A DNA stretch of 64,000 bases, from positions 32,001-96,000 of IMG/VR virus record IMGVR_UViG_3300037400_003961. One strand, 5' to 3'. The position numbers and the translations under genes are program-made. This document shows positions 1-11,509 of this stretch, in pieces. Below the pieces are notes generated by a model. It was given only the letters and a program-made list of their open reading frames with translations. It was not told where the DNA came from and did not search any database. Origin of the DNA: a virus (taxonomy: Duplodnaviria > Caudoviricetes). Positions within the stretch are counted from its first letter, which is position 1; every line of letters starts with the position of its first letter.

Positions 1-549
1 ACTATTCCAACTAAAACAAGTGATCTTACAAATGATTCTGATTTTATGTCAGGAATGACAATTTTAGCTTACGGTAAGAGTACATGGGCGGACTTCCTTA
101 CAGCATACACTGCAAAGCATGTTGTGTATTGCCGCGCCTCTTCTGCAGCTAACCCCGCAAGTGGTTCACAGACCAGAATGGCATTTATGGCTTATGTCAA
201 CAATGAGACAAATCCCACTAATGTTGAATTCCAATATTACCGTTCTGTTAATGCTCACAGTGCAACACAGCAGGGCGATCAGGTGTATGTTTATAAATTA
301 GATAAAAATGCGGGATGGACTGTTACGGTTCGTGAGAGCTATACGAAAATTGTTGCTGGAACAAATATGTCCTCATCGTATAGTAATGGGGCGCTGACGC
401 TTAATTTCAACGGCACTATTCCTTCAGATGCAGAAGATGTTGGGGCAATTGCTGCTCCATCATCTGCAAATTCTGGAGATTTTCTTGTTTATAATGGCAC
501 GGCTTGGGTGGCACAGTCTATGAGTACATGGCAAGGAGGAAATTACTGA
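1..549 (+). CDS. Tail fibre/structural protein, C-terminal part (5'-truncated by window)
   Basis: Frame 1 is open from base 1 (TIPTKTSDLTNDSDF...) to TGA at 547-549. KTSDLTNDS repeats are typical of phage tail fibre proteins. Confidence 0.55.
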   Translation, partial: TIPTKTSDLTNDSDFMSGMTILAYGKSTWADFLTAYTAKHVVYCRASSAANPASGSQTRMAFMAYVNNETNPTNVEFQYYRSVNAHSATQQGDQVYVYKLDKNAGWTVTVRESYTKIVAGTNMSSSYSNGALTLNFNGTIPSDAEDVGAIAAPSSANSGDFLVYNGTAWVAQSMSTWQGGNY

Positions 550-1853
550 TGGCGGTTGATAAATTAGTAGATAGCGCTCAACTTGATGCAGATTTAACAT
601 CTGTTGCTAATGCGATAAGGACTAAGGGCGGTACATCCGCCCAGTTGTCCTTTCCTTCTGGATTTGTTTCTGCAGTTAATGCGATTCCAACTGGAGGGAG
701 TATTACTATAGATAATATTGCACAAAAAAATATTAGTGGATCTATTAGTGGTAATATAAGTTCTATTTTAAGTTATGCATTTCAAAGCTATACTCAAATT
801 ACAGAAGTAAATTTTCCAAATGTTACATCTATAGGTCAAGGGGCTTTTATAGGATGTACATCTTTATCTTAGGTAAGTTTTCCGGAAACAACAAGTATAG
901 GTTCTAATGCATTTAAAAATTGTACTTCTTTATTTTCTATAAGTTTTCCAAAAGTTGTTTCAATTAATACAAGTACATTTGAAGACTGTACTTCTTTATT
1001 TTCGGTAAATTTTTCAGAAGCTACTTTTATTGATTGGTATGCATTTAGAAGATGCAATCATTTGGTTAGAGCAGATTTTCCAAAAGCTGTATCTATTTCT
1101 AGTAATGCATTTAGTAGTTGTGCCTCTTTATCTTAGATAAATTTTCCAAATGTTACATCTATAGGTCAAGGGGCTTTTGCAGGATGTACATCTTTATCTT
1201 AGGTAAGTTTTCCGGAAGCAATAAGTATAGATCATGGAGCTTTCTCAGGATGTACTTCTTTATTTTCTATAAATTTTCCAAAGGTGGAAACTCTTGGAAT
1301 GTATGCATTTCGTGATTGTAAAAATTTATTTGAAGTAAATTTTTCACTTGTTTCAAATATTGCCTATGCTTTTATGGGATGCACTTCTTTAACAAATGCA
1401 TATTTTTCTAATGTAACTGTAATTGGACAACAGACTTTTTCTAATTGTAGATATTTAAAAAATATTAGTTTCCCTAATGTTACCACAGTTAGTTTAGGTG
1501 CATTTTATAATTGTTCAAATCTTGAATCAATAAATTTACCAAAAGTAAAAAATATTTATTCTAATGCTTTTTAGTTATGTACAAATTTATCAATAGCAAG
1601 TTTTTCATAGCTTGCATCATTTTGGTATTCTAATGCATTTGCTCGTTGTTATCGTTTATTATCTTTGTATTTATTGGGATCTTCAGTTGCAAAAATAAAT
1701 GCTTCAACTGTATTTACCTCTACTCCAATAGCGGGATATACGGATTATACCGAAGGAGTATTTGGAAGTATATATGTTCCCGCAAGTTTATATAATTCAT
1801 ATAAAACTTCAACTACATGGTCATGGTTTTCTCAACGTTTTGTATCTGTTTAA
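549..1853 (+). CDS. BspA/LRR_5-type leucine-rich repeat protein, 434 aa, read through TAG
   Basis: ATG at 549 overlaps the upstream TGA. Track ORFs 504, 1284 and 1665 share a frame and are separated only by TAG. Repeats of the form xxFPxVTSIGxxAFxGCTSL. Confidence 0.85.
808..1230 (+). repeat. About 90-bp near-identical direct repeat inside the LRR gene (808-900 and 1138-1230)
   Basis: taaattttccaaatgttacatctataggtcaaggggctttt..aggatgtacatctttatcttaggtaagttttccggaa occurs twice, 330 nt apart. Confidence 0.9.
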
Positions 1854-1868
1854 AAAAGGAGTTTAAAA

Positions 1869-1913
1869 ATGAAATTACAAATATTAATTCCACAATATAA
1901 AGAAACGGTATAA
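1869..1913 (+). pseudogene. 14-codon ORF resembling a glycosyltransferase family 2 N-terminus (remnant)
   Basis: Strong RBS (AAGGAG), then MKLQILIPQYKETV-TAA, similar to the GT2 opening strand 'SIIIPxYN'. Confidence 0.35.
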
Positions 1914-2003
1914 AGGGGCAAATATTGGAATTTATTTTTATAAAGAATTATTTGTAAGTCTTGAATTAACTTTATAATTTATATTTTCTGGAAGGTATAA
2001 AGT

Positions 2004-2324
2004 ATGATTTTAAAATATAATATAAATATACTTGATAAAGATATTTCTTATAGACTTCAAAATTTAATTAATCAAGTATATAAGCTTTTACCAATCAGAG
2101 AAGAAAAAGAAGATTGGGAAAAGCCTTTATAGACAATATTAGAGGAATTAGCAGGAATGCAAAGATTAATGAATAATAATTATTCAGAAATCTTTTTCCC
2201 ATTATTAAGTAAATTAGAGGGACTTTATTCATTAATTGATGAAGAAGATTTTTCTTGTTATAGAAGAACAATTTTTGAATGTTTAGGATTAATGAATTAG
2301 TTACAAAAAAATATATTGTTATAA
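2004..2324 (+). CDS. Hypothetical protein, 106 aa (2 in-frame TAG)
   Basis: MILKYNIN... open to TAA at 2322 when TAG is read as sense. Confidence 0.7.
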
Positions 2325-2345
2325 TAATTTGTAAAGGAGATTAAA

Positions 2346-3332
2346 ATGTCCTTAGAATTATTAAATAAAAGACTGTGGTATCAAGGCGGCAACCAAGAAC
2401 AAAGATTTATCAATGATAAATTAAGAAGCTTAAAGAGAGCTTTATTATATTCTTATCAAGCCGCCACCGCAATCCTATCAGATGGAAAAGAATTTAGATG
2501 TTTAATTAATCCAGATAAAAATAAACCTGCTTATGATAATAAAATTATTTCCATTCCATATAAGGACATTTGTTTAAATGCTCCAAGAGTTGGAAAAACT
2601 TCATAGGGCGAAATTGATATAAATATAAAAACAGGTGATGTTTTTACTTGGAAATAGACAAATACACATTGGTTAGTATATTTATAGTATATAGAAGAAG
2701 ATGCTTATTTTAGGTCAGAAATTCGTAGATGTGACCAGGAAATAAAAATTGGAGATAATTCTTATTGGGTTTACATTCGCGGTCCTGTCGAAACATCTAT
2801 TGAATGGACTCAAAAATCTGGCATTGAATGGAATACTTTAAATTATTCATTAATTATGTATATTACTGCTGATGAAAATACTAATAATTATTTTGAAAGA
2901 TTTAAAACAGTAAAAGTTTTAGACCCAAGATATAATACAGAAAAAACTTGGCAAGTTGTTGGCGTAGATCCATATTATGGTGATGGAATTATTCAAGTAT
3001 TTTTAGATGAATATTTTGAAAATTCAATAGCTGATGCGGTTTAGGTTGAAAATTCTACAAATACTAGTGAACAAGATCCTATAGATGCGACAGCCGCCTA
3101 CATTGATGGACCTACTACTGTTTAGAGATACAGTAAAGCATATTATGAAATTCATAATGCTGAAAATGGACATTGGTATTTAAAATGGGACAATAAAGAA
3201 CAGGATTTAAAGAGTTCTTTAAAAATTATTCCATTGAGTATTACTATTGATAAGGTGGGAACTTTTACTTTAATATATAGAGTTGATGGATAGGATGATA
3301 TTACATTAGATGTAAAAGTCATTGCTATATAA
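2346..3332 (+). CDS. Putative head completion/neck protein, 328 aa (multiple in-frame TAG)
   Basis: RBS AAGGAG. Track ORFs 2346 and 2856 are in one frame joined across TAG, ending at TAA 3330. Located upstream of the major tail gene. Confidence 0.6.
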
Positions 3333-3357
3333 GAGATAAAAGGAGTAGACAAAACAT

Positions 3358-3960
3358 ATGAAAAAAGATTTAGCTTTAAGACCAGTTGATTTTACTTCAT
3401 CATTTTTATCTTGTGAAAAAGATTTAGAAGAAATTTTACGAAGACTTTTTATAGAGAGTCAACCATATAGTGATGAGTTGAAAAAATTATTGGTAATTAA
3501 TACAAAAGATTGTTTAGATAATAAAACAAGTGAAGTATATAAAAATGCAATAAAAAATATGAGTTTAGCAAAATTGCGGGATTAGGGTTATATTAAATTT
3601 GAACCTAAAGTAAAAATGCCTGAACATGAAGAAATTAAAAGTTATTTGATTTTTTCTTTTGATAATTTTATTACTAATCAAAATAATCCAGAATTTCGAG
3701 ATTGCAATGTTTATATTGATATATTGTGTCATACAGATTGTTGGGATCTTGGTAATTTTAGAATTAGACCTTTAAAAATTGCAGGTTATATTGATGGTAT
3801 TTTGAATAAAGCTAGACTATCTGGAATAGGAACTTTTCAATTTGTGGGGTGTAATGAATTAGTACTTGATGAAACATTGTCTGGGTATACATTATCATAT
3901 TCCGCAATTCATGGAACAGATGATGTGTTACCAAGTTCTCATGACTGGATAGAAAGATGA
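3358..3960 (+). CDS. Putative tail terminator/neck protein, 200 aa (1 TAG)
   Basis: Track ORFs 3358 and 3616 are in frame across TAG 3583-3585. Function inferred from synteny. Confidence 0.6.
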
Positions 3961-4697
3961 AAAATATTGATGATTTGCTTTTGTTATCTGGTAACGATCT
4001 TCCTTTTTTAGAAGCAAGATTAACAATTCATCAACCGCGTATAAAAGAAATAGCTTATATTACTGAAGGGCATTTTTGGTCTGCATGCGAATTATTAAAA
4101 TTTGATAAAGAAATTTTACCAGATTAGGACAAAATTGAATTATTAAATAAGTCAAATTTTAATATAATAATGATGATGATACAAGAAAAAAGTTTGGAAT
4201 CTCAACAGGCTCAATTAAACCTTGTATCTCTTCTTGCATTATTATTTCCAACAGATAAAATTTTGTTGAATAATAAGACAATTCAATTACAAAATTATTA
4301 GACTAATGAAATTAAAGAAATTAATGAAAAAAATTTTGAAAGTTTTAAAGAAATTGTAATTAATATGTTTTGTCTTACTAGCAAGGAAAATAAATAGTAT
4401 AATCCAGATGGTGCTTTAGCTAAGAAGATTGCAAATCAGCTTAAAAGAGGGAGATAGAAAAAGGCGAAGCTGGCGCCGCAAGCTAAAATTTCTATTTTAA
4501 GTAGGTATGTATCTATTCTTGCTGTTGGAGAACAAAAAGATATAAATATTTTAATGAATTATACTGTTTATCAATTAATGGATGAATTTAACCGATATAT
4601 GTTAAAAATGCATTATGATGCTTGGGAAAGATATAGAATTGCAGGAGCGACTGGTATGGAAGATCCTGAAGATTGGTTAAAAGACATCCATGAGTAA
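3957..4697 (+). CDS. Hypothetical virion-associated protein, 246 aa (several TAG)
   Basis: ATG overlaps the upstream TGA (ATGA). Open to TAA 4695 with TAG read-through; missed entirely by the track. Confidence 0.7.
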
Positions 4698-4751
4698 AAA
4701 ATTAAATTGAAACAATAAATATTTTGTACAAAATATAAGGAGGAAATCCAA

Positions 4752-5762
4752 ATGAAATTTGGTGTACGTGAAATTGCTAATGTAGTGTTCAGAGCCAAAA
4801 ATGAACAAAGAATTGGTAACCAGACTTTCGCAAAAGGTCAGCCAGTTTTTTATCTGGATACCGCAAAAACATCTTCTATGGAAGGTGCTGCAACCACTGT
4901 CTATGCTACTGGTGGTCGTGGTAATACTCGTTTAATTGCTTGGGAAGGTGAGAAAACTTTAACTTTCACAGTTGAAGATGCTCTTCTTTCTCCTATTAGT
5001 TTTGCTATGTTATCTGGTGCTGGAGTTATTAAAGGTGCTGCTGATTCCACTAAAGAAGTTCACTTCCATCAGACAACTAATGCTGTTATTGGTGCAGCTT
5101 TAAATGGTGGACTTGAAATTGATTTAACAGACGCCTTAGAGTCTACTGAAAAAATTTGTCCAACTGCTCCAATTTATATCATGAAGCTTGATTCTTATGG
5201 TGACTTAACTGGAGAAGTTCTTACAGGATGGAGTGTTGACAATAGTGGTAAGAAATTAACTCATGGTAATGTTGCTGGTCTTTCTGGCGCAGTTATGGTT
5301 GACTATTATGTACTTAAGAAAGAAGGAACTGTTTCCGAACTTCAAATCGATGCAGAACACTTTGGTGGATACTACTATGTAGAAGCAGATACTCTATTTA
5401 GACGTCAGCAAGATGGTAAAGATTTACCTGCTAACCTTACATTCCCGAATGTTAAGATTCAGTCTAACTTTACTTTCTCTATGGCTTCCACTGGTGATCC
5501 AAGTACCTTTACATTTACCATGGACGTATTCCCTGGATATACATACTTCAATAAGACCAATAAAGTTCTTTGTGCTATCCAGGTTGTTGACGATGCAACA
5601 GAAGCTAAGTATGAAGCTAAACCTCTGTTCCCACATCCATCTGGCTTTATGATTGAAGAATCTATTCCAAAGACTGAAGTTGATGGTACTGTAACTAGAT
5701 ATGGTGATTCTGTTGATGGTGCTGGCGACGAGTATGAAAGCGATACCCCAACTGAGGGTTGA
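4752..5762 (+). CDS. Major tail (tube) protein
   Basis: 336 aa, strong RBS AAGGAGG, beta-rich tail-tube-like sequence (LTFTVEDALLS, FTFSMASTGDPSTFTFTMD), followed by a terminator. No TAG. Confidence 0.75.
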   Translation: MKFGVREIANVVFRAKNEQRIGNQTFAKGQPVFYLDTAKTSSMEGAATTVYATGGRGNTRLIAWEGEKTLTFTVEDALLSPISFAMLSGAGVIKGAADSTKEVHFHQTTNAVIGAALNGGLEIDLTDALESTEKICPTAPIYIMKLDSYGDLTGEVLTGWSVDNSGKKLTHGNVAGLSGAVMVDYYVLKKEGTVSELQIDAEHFGGYYYVEADTLFRRQQDGKDLPANLTFPNVKIQSNFTFSMASTGDPSTFTFTMDVFPGYTYFNKTNKVLCAIQVVDDATEAKYEAKPLFPHPSGFMIEESIPKTEVDGTVTRYGDSVDGAGDEYESDTPTEG

Positions 5763-5781
5763 TGATTAATTAAAATAAAAT

Positions 5782-5817
5782 AGGGAGGGTTATTATATAA
5801 TCCTCCCATTTTTTTAT
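5782..5817 (+). terminator. Rho-independent terminator
   Basis: gggagggttatt/aatcctccc stem followed by a T-run. Confidence 0.7.
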
Positions 5818-5834
5818 TAAGGAGATTTTTATAT

Positions 5835-6911
5835 ATGCCAATGAGTATGACAATTACTACTGATACAGTTGAAACAGATCCTTCTACTCTTGAGGAAGCC
5901 AATAAGACATTGTTTAATAATATTGATAGACCTGTTTCTGATGAAATAAAAGGTAATCTAATTGCTCTTAAAATGGCGGCTACTCATTATATTTCTGTTG
6001 TGGAAAATTTAAATAAAAATGTTTTAGAATTTGAAACTTTATTACGTCATCAACAGGGATTACGAAGAACAAATAAAAGTAATTTTGATACTATGGATGA
6101 ATATATTAGAGGAAAAGAGCAAGTTAAAGCATTTTTAAATAGTAATATTCCCAAAAAATTATATGAAGAAAGTATGAATTTTCAACAAATACTTAATAAT
6201 TTTTTAGGACAAAAAGTTGTTATGGTATTTGTATTTGAAAATGCATAGGGTGAACCTGAATTATATGAAATTACATCTGAAGATGTTTTGAAATATGATT
6301 ATTCAAGTTCTAATACGTTAGTTGCTCGTTATCGTGGAGATTCTGATACGCTTAATCATGCGATGAAACGTTTGCAATTAACAGCAGATTGGAATTTTAA
6401 TTTATCTAATTTAAAAGCAACTTACATAGAAACTTTATATAGATATAGATGTAGTAGACAAATTAATCAAAGAATTGTTTTATGGCAAAATCCATATGAT
6501 GAATGGCATGCTATGAAAATATCTGCTGAAGGTGATATTAATGAAGCTTATGCTTCTATCGTTATCTTAAATAGAAAAGAACCTAGTTTTAATAATGATA
6601 TGGAAATTAATATTGAACAATTTTTAAATGAAGTTGCTCAAGTTGATAATATTTCTGGATTATTACAAGGTGATGTTACTAATGGAAATATTGAATATGG
6701 AATTAAGTCCGCGGGAGCATCTACTTTAAGTTTAAAGCAAATTATAAAAATTGCTTATCAAATTATACATGATGAAAATTTTAATCAAGAGAAATTAGAA
6801 AAAATTAAATCTAATTTTGCGATGAAGGGTCATACAAGAAACAAAATAGATAAAACTTTAACTGAAACAGTTAAAAATGCTATTATAGAAACAATGAGTG
6901 CTAATCGTTAA
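5835..6911 (+). CDS. Hypothetical protein, 358 aa (1 TAG)
   Basis: Track ORFs 5835 and 6288 are in frame across TAG 6246-6248. Confidence 0.75.
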
Positions 6912-6974
6912 AACCTGTGATTAATGAAAATTTTATTGTATTATATATAATAAGAGTTAAAAGGAGAATTAAAT

Positions 6975-7550
6975 ATGAAAGTATCTTATGCAAATATGAA
7001 GTTAAAAGTTAATACTTCTGTGAAAACTTTCGATTTTTGCGGGCAGAAGGTAGAAGTCCTTCAGTACCTTCCCGCGCAGGATAAGTATGATTTGTTAATG
7101 GTAACATTACAGAAATCAATGGAGAATGGTGCTTATAATGAATTTAAACTAAATTTATATTTTGAATTAAATTTAGTTTATATGTATACGAATATTTCAT
7201 TTACTGAAAAACAAAGAGAAGATGAATTTAAATTATATGATACGTTAAAAAGCAATGGATTTTATGAACCATTTTTCCAAGCAATAAATGAAGATGAATA
7301 TAATGAACTTTTTGCACAACTTAATGCTATTAAGGAAGCAAGTTCTGCACATAGAATGAGTGCGGGAGCGTCAATTAGTCAATTGAGGGCATTAATTAGT
7401 CAATTAATTGATGACCTACCTGCAAATGCGGAAGCTGCTGCTAAGATTGTTGAAAATTTTGATCCAAAGCAATTTAAGGCAGTTGTTGATTTTGCCACAT
7501 ATGCAAATGGTGGTAGAAATATTAAAACAAATTTACCAATGAGTGAATAA
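6975..7550 (+). CDS. Hypothetical protein, possible tail assembly chaperone
   Basis: 191 aa, RBS AAGGAG, downstream of the major tail gene. Confidence 0.55.
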   Translation: MKVSYANMKLKVNTSVKTFDFCGQKVEVLQYLPAQDKYDLLMVTLQKSMENGAYNEFKLNLYFELNLVYMYTNISFTEKQREDEFKLYDTLKSNGFYEPFFQAINEDEYNELFAQLNAIKEASSAHRMSAGASISQLRALISQLIDDLPANAEAAAKIVENFDPKQFKAVVDFATYANGGRNIKTNLPMSE

Positions 7551-7592
7551 AAAAGAGGGCAGATGATTTAATCATTTGCCCTTTATTTTTTT
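7551..7592. terminator. Bidirectional terminator at a convergent junction
   Basis: agggcagatgat/atcatttgccct stem flanked by A- and T-runs. Confidence 0.7.
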
Positions 7593-7751
7593 ATATTTCT
7601 AATCCATACCATTATAAATTTTATTAAAACATTTTAAACATAATGGTTGCCATTTATTATTTTTAGTTAATCCAAACCATAACTATTCTTTTATAATTTC
7701 TTTTTTACAAATATCACATTGTATTATTTTATTTTGCTCCAGTTGAACCAA
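7572..7751 (-). CDS. Small CxxC...CxxC zinc-ribbon protein, 59 aa (2 TAG)
   Basis: GAGGAG RBS and TTG start inside the 3' end of dut. MVQLEQNKIIQCDICKKEIIKE*LWFG...PLCLKCFNK... Confidence 0.5.
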
Positions 7752-8169
7752 AACCAGAATCTCCTCGATTGGTATTAGAAAGTTCATCTACTTCATTAAA
7801 TTTCATTTCAATATATGGAAGAAGAATCATTTGAGCAATTCTTTCACCAGGTTCAATGCTTTGCATTTCATCAGTATCATTATGAAGTGCTACAATATAC
7901 TCTCCTCGATAATCTGAATCACAGATACCAGTACAATTTGCTGGGCGGAGACCGCGTTTAGTGGCAATACCTGACCGCGCATAGATTGCTGCAAAAGTTC
8001 CTTCCGGCAATTCAAAAGAAAGACCTGTTCCAACTTTTATAGTAGAATGAGGTGCAATATCAAGAATCTAATCAGTCGCCGCATATAGATCATAACCCGC
8101 CGCATATTCACTTCCTCTTGTAGGAAGTTTTGCAAATTCATTTAATTTTTTAACTTTAATATCCGCCAT
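7729..8169 (-). CDS. dut: dUTPase (trimeric), 146 aa, TAG at codon 34
   Basis: Motif I (AAGYDL) lies upstream of the TAG. RSG, GICDSDYRG, RIAQ and RGDSGFGSTG follow in the same frame. Confidence 0.93.
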
Positions 8170-8414
8170 TAGTCTACCTCATAATTAATGGTTACTGTAG
8201 AATCTGGTTCTTTAATATTATTAAAAATTTTGGTTAAAGAAAGTTTCCAATATTCATCAATAACTTCGCCTTTTGATTTTTGCTCTTTATGTTCACTTGT
8301 ATACTTGCCAAGAACATAAGACTTATCTGTTTTGGCTTCTTCAATGGCTCTTGTTGCTTCTGCTTCTGTATCAACTCTATAGGTTTCTACTGTACTAACT
8401 AAATATTTTGACAT
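8169..8414 (-). CDS. Hypothetical protein
   Basis: 81-aa ORF with RBS; its stop overlaps the dut start. Confidence 0.7.
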   Translation of the reverse strand: MSKYLVSTVETYRVDTEAEATRAIEEAKTDKSYVLGKYTSEHKEQKSKGEVIDEYWKLSLTKIFNNIKEPDSTVTINYEVD

Positions 8415-8433
8415 CCTTTTATCTCCTTTATTT

Positions 8434-8694
8434 TTAAATACACTTAATAATTAATTTATTTTCATTATATTTAGTAATTTCTTTTTCTTGAATCTGTCTA
8501 ATTAATCCTTTTGTAAAATGCTGCGCTCCAGATAAATCAACTTGATAAACATCATAAGTTTGAGATAATTCAAAAATAGTATCTGGTATATCATTTACTT
8601 TTGTTTGAACTATTTCAAGTTTATTTCCATCCTAATAAACATAAAAAGTTTGATATATATCAAAAGGATGAATAATTCCAATAATTTTTTTCAT
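8434..8694 (-). CDS. Hypothetical protein, 86 aa (1 TAG)
   Basis: RBS AAGGAG. MKKIIGIIHPFDIYQTFYVY*DGNK... ends at TAA. Confidence 0.65.
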
Positions 8695-8711
8695 AAAATA
8701 TTAACTCCTTT

Positions 8712-9098
8712 TTAACATTGGATTACCCAATCATCACAATTAAATAAATAATAAGCAAAAGCCTCTCCATCAATATTTAGCCAAATTTCCCAAGCATTAT
8801 TAATAGTGTTGGAGTCTTTTTCAATAGAAAGAATATTTCCTCTATTTTTAAGTAAATTAATAAGTTCTGTTACTGCAATTTCGCAAGGATTAGAATTTTG
8901 TTTTTCATATAAATGAAATACTGTAAAATCATGCCTTTCGCGGCAAAGTAACATCGCATAACCGTCTATTTGCCAATTAAACCATTCTTCGAGTTCTGGT
9001 TTAATTGAATTAATTTTAGATTTACTAAGTTTATTTTCTTTTGACATTATTTGTTTATTAAAATCATAAAGGGTTCCAAGTGAAACATTATTATCCAT
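8712..9098 (-). CDS. Hypothetical protein
   Basis: 128-aa ORF in the operon. Confidence 0.7.
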   Translation of the reverse strand: MDNNVSLGTLYDFNKQIMSKENKLSKSKINSIKPELEEWFNWQIDGYAMLLCRERHDFTVFHLYEKQNSNPCEIAVTELINLLKNRGNILSIEKDSNTINNAWEIWLNIDGEAFAYYLFNCDDWVIQC

Positions 9099-9110
9099 TA
9101 TATAATTCCT

Positions 9111-9590
9111 TTAACTAATTTTTTCTGCATATTGATTATCTGATGATAATTTTACACCTAATATTGAATCAAGATGTGGTTCTTGATTTGGAATGTATCT
9201 TCCATATTTAATAATAATATTTTCATATTGTTCAATATATTTTATAAGCCAATTAATTTCTTCTTTTGTATATCCTGTATAAATTACTATATCATCTAAA
9301 CATTTATATATTATACGAAGCCAACATATTAAATTCATAACGTCAGTAGGGGAATCAAAAGGTTCTAATCCTTGCATAATTATTGCTTTTGTAATAGGAT
9401 TATTAATATATCTAGTTAATAATTTATCATAATCTATTTCAATATTAGGTTCATTAACTAATGTACTATTTTGACATACTGATTGCCCACATTCCTTATC
9501 ACACTTAAAAGTGCAATAAGGAAATTCAATTATCATAGCTGGTTTTTTATAGTTTATAAAATCTTCATCAATTAATCCTTTAATTATCAT
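9111..9590 (-). CDS. nrdG: Anaerobic ribonucleotide reductase activating protein (radical SAM)
   Basis: CTFKC...C cluster, GLEPF, IVIYTGY, GRY and SSDNQ motifs; adjacent to nrdD. Confidence 0.85.
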   Translation of the reverse strand: MIIKGLIDEDFINYKKPAMIIEFPYCTFKCDKECGQSVCQNSTLVNEPNIEIDYDKLLTRYINNPITKAIIMQGLEPFDSPTDVMNLICWLRIIYKCLDDIVIYTGYTKEEINWLIKYIEQYENIIIKYGRYIPNQEPHLDSILGVKLSSDNQYAEKIS

Positions 9591-11508
9591 TTACTTTTTC
9601 CCATCTTCTCATATTATACTCTAGTTTTCTTTGAGTAGACCATGTTCTTACTGGAGTATAAAAACCAACAATTCTTGTATATTCAGTTGCTATTGCTTTT
9701 CCACAAACTGGACAAGTAGTTCCATAGAAAGCATGATTATCTTCACAACTTTGAATTTTTGTATTAAATGCAAAATATGTAACGCCTTGGTCTGCGATAT
9801 ATTTTACCATATTCCAAGCTTTATCAAAACTATCGAATGGAGCATCTATATTTGCATGTAAAATAGAACCTCCATTACAATAATGGTCAAATAAAGCTTG
9901 AATCTTAATTCTTTCTTGTAAAGTTGTTTTTATACCAAGAGGAATAAATTGATTTCCATAAAGTGGTAAATCATATATATTAGCATTTGGATAAAAGAAT
10001 TTATCTTTTTTCATCAACTTATCTGCGGCAGTCTCTCCTGGAATTTGTTCAGTATTAATTTTATAATCAGCACCAATTTTTTCAATAAACTCATCTGCTG
10101 TTGAATGAATTACATCAAAAATTTTTTCACCAAATTTAGAAGCTTCTTCTGTATAAAAAACATTACCAAATTCATCTTGTTTTGTATATCCAAAAGCTTT
10201 CATAGTTTCATAAATACCTAAAAAGCCAATTGTATTATATAAATGTTCAAAATCAATTAACTTATAACTATAGTTAGGAAGCAATCCTTTTTCAACATTT
10301 CTTTTAATAATATGTCTAACACAATCAAGAGCTTGTAAGCAAACAATTATTCTTCTTTCAAGTTCTTTAAGATATTCCTCTTCTGAACTGGTATCTAATG
10401 CTAATCTTGCTAAATTAATTGTATTTACTTTAACAGAACCAACCTTTAGTGCAGTTCCGCCAATAGAGTTAAAGTAGCCGAGATCTCTAACATTACTTTT
10501 TAATCTACAACAATTAGAAAGACTATTAACACTATCATCAACGAATAAATTACTATCAGACCATTTCATATTATGTTTAATTGCCCATTCTGCAAAATTT
10601 TTATCTACAAAATCATTATTTTGATATAATAAAGATATTGTGCTAACTGGGAATGTCATCATATTTTCAGAACGAATATCTGACATGGTTTTCATATATA
10701 ATTTTTGAAACTCAATGATTTCATCTTCATAATCAATCATAAAAGTCCCATCAGGAAAAGTACTACCGCCAAATAATGCTTCAAAATATGGTTTATCAAA
10801 TACAGATGTATTAGTAAATGCAGATTGAGATCCATCTCTTACATAAGGTTGATTTACCGCATAAATAAATCTTTGGAAATTTTGAATTGCATATTTTTCT
10901 GGATCGCCTTCCCAATATTTATTATCAATATCTTTCTTCCAAAAATAATACATATATGGAATTAAATTAGGTAAGCCAACCGCACCGGAAGTTCTATTAC
11001 TATTGTATGAGATAAATTCTTTTACAAAATCAACAAAAGTACCTAAATGCTGCGGCGGTTTTGCATTGAAATTCTTTCCTAAGAAGAATAATCCTCTTTC
11101 TGCAACTTCTTTTAAATCATATGCAAAACAATAACTTTTAAATGTAGATGTATCAGAATCATGCATATATAATGCACCAATCCATTCTAATTTTAACCAT
11201 TCATTTGCCGCCTTAAATCCATATTTCTTTTGCATTTCATAATGAATTTTATTAAATGCTAAAAGTTTTCTATGAGATTTTGGCATTTCATTTAATAGTG
11301 TTACAATATCCTTATGTGAAACATTTGAATTGCCATCAATACTAGCATCTGCGACTGTTGTTTCATTAATAAAATTACTAATAAAATCATTATATGATAA
11401 CTGTTCATCTGCAAAACCATTAATTTTTGCAATCTCAGTTCCATATTCAGCTTGCAATCTGTTGTATGCTGTTGTAAAATTTTTATTTAATCTAATTGTA
11501 ATATTCAA
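9580..11508 (-). CDS. nrdD: Anaerobic (class III) ribonucleoside-triphosphate reductase
   Basis: LYMHD, YCFAY, NCCRL, zinc ribbon and the TRIVGF glycyl-radical motif. Confidence 0.93.
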   Translation of the reverse strand: MNITIRLNKNFTTAYNRLQAEYGTEIAKINGFADEQLSYNDFISNFINETTVADASIDGNSNVSHKDIVTLLNEMPKSHRKLLAFNKIHYEMQKKYGFKAANEWLKLEWIGALYMHDSDTSTFKSYCFAYDLKEVAERGLFFLGKNFNAKPPQHLGTFVDFVKEFISYNSNRTSGAVGLPNLIPYMYYFWKKDIDNKYWEGDPEKYAIQNFQRFIYAVNQPYVRDGSQSAFTNTSVFDKPYFEALFGGSTFPDGTFMIDYEDEIIEFQKLYMKTMSDIRSENMMTFPVSTISLLYQNNDFVDKNFAEWAIKHNMKWSDSNLFVDDSVNSLSNCCRLKSNVRDLGYFNSIGGTALKVGSVKVNTINLARLALDTSSEEEYLKELERRIIVCLQALDCVRHIIKRNVEKGLLPNYSYKLIDFEHLYNTIGFLGIYETMKAFGYTKQDEFGNVFYTEEASKFGEKIFDVIHSTADEFIEKIGADYKINTEQIPGETAADKLMKKDKFFYPNANIYDLPLYGNQFIPLGIKTTLQERIKIQALFDHYCNGGSILHANIDAPFDSFDKAWNMVKYIADQGVTYFAFNTKIQSCEDNHAFYGTTCPVCGKAIATEYTRIVGFYTPVRTWSTQRKLEYNMRRWEKVNDN

Positions 11509-11509
11509 T

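Noticed and set aside
808-1230. Diversity-generating retroelement TR/VR pair
   Set aside because: Both copies are in frame within one gene, the differences are not adenine-specific, and no reverse transcriptase is present in the window.
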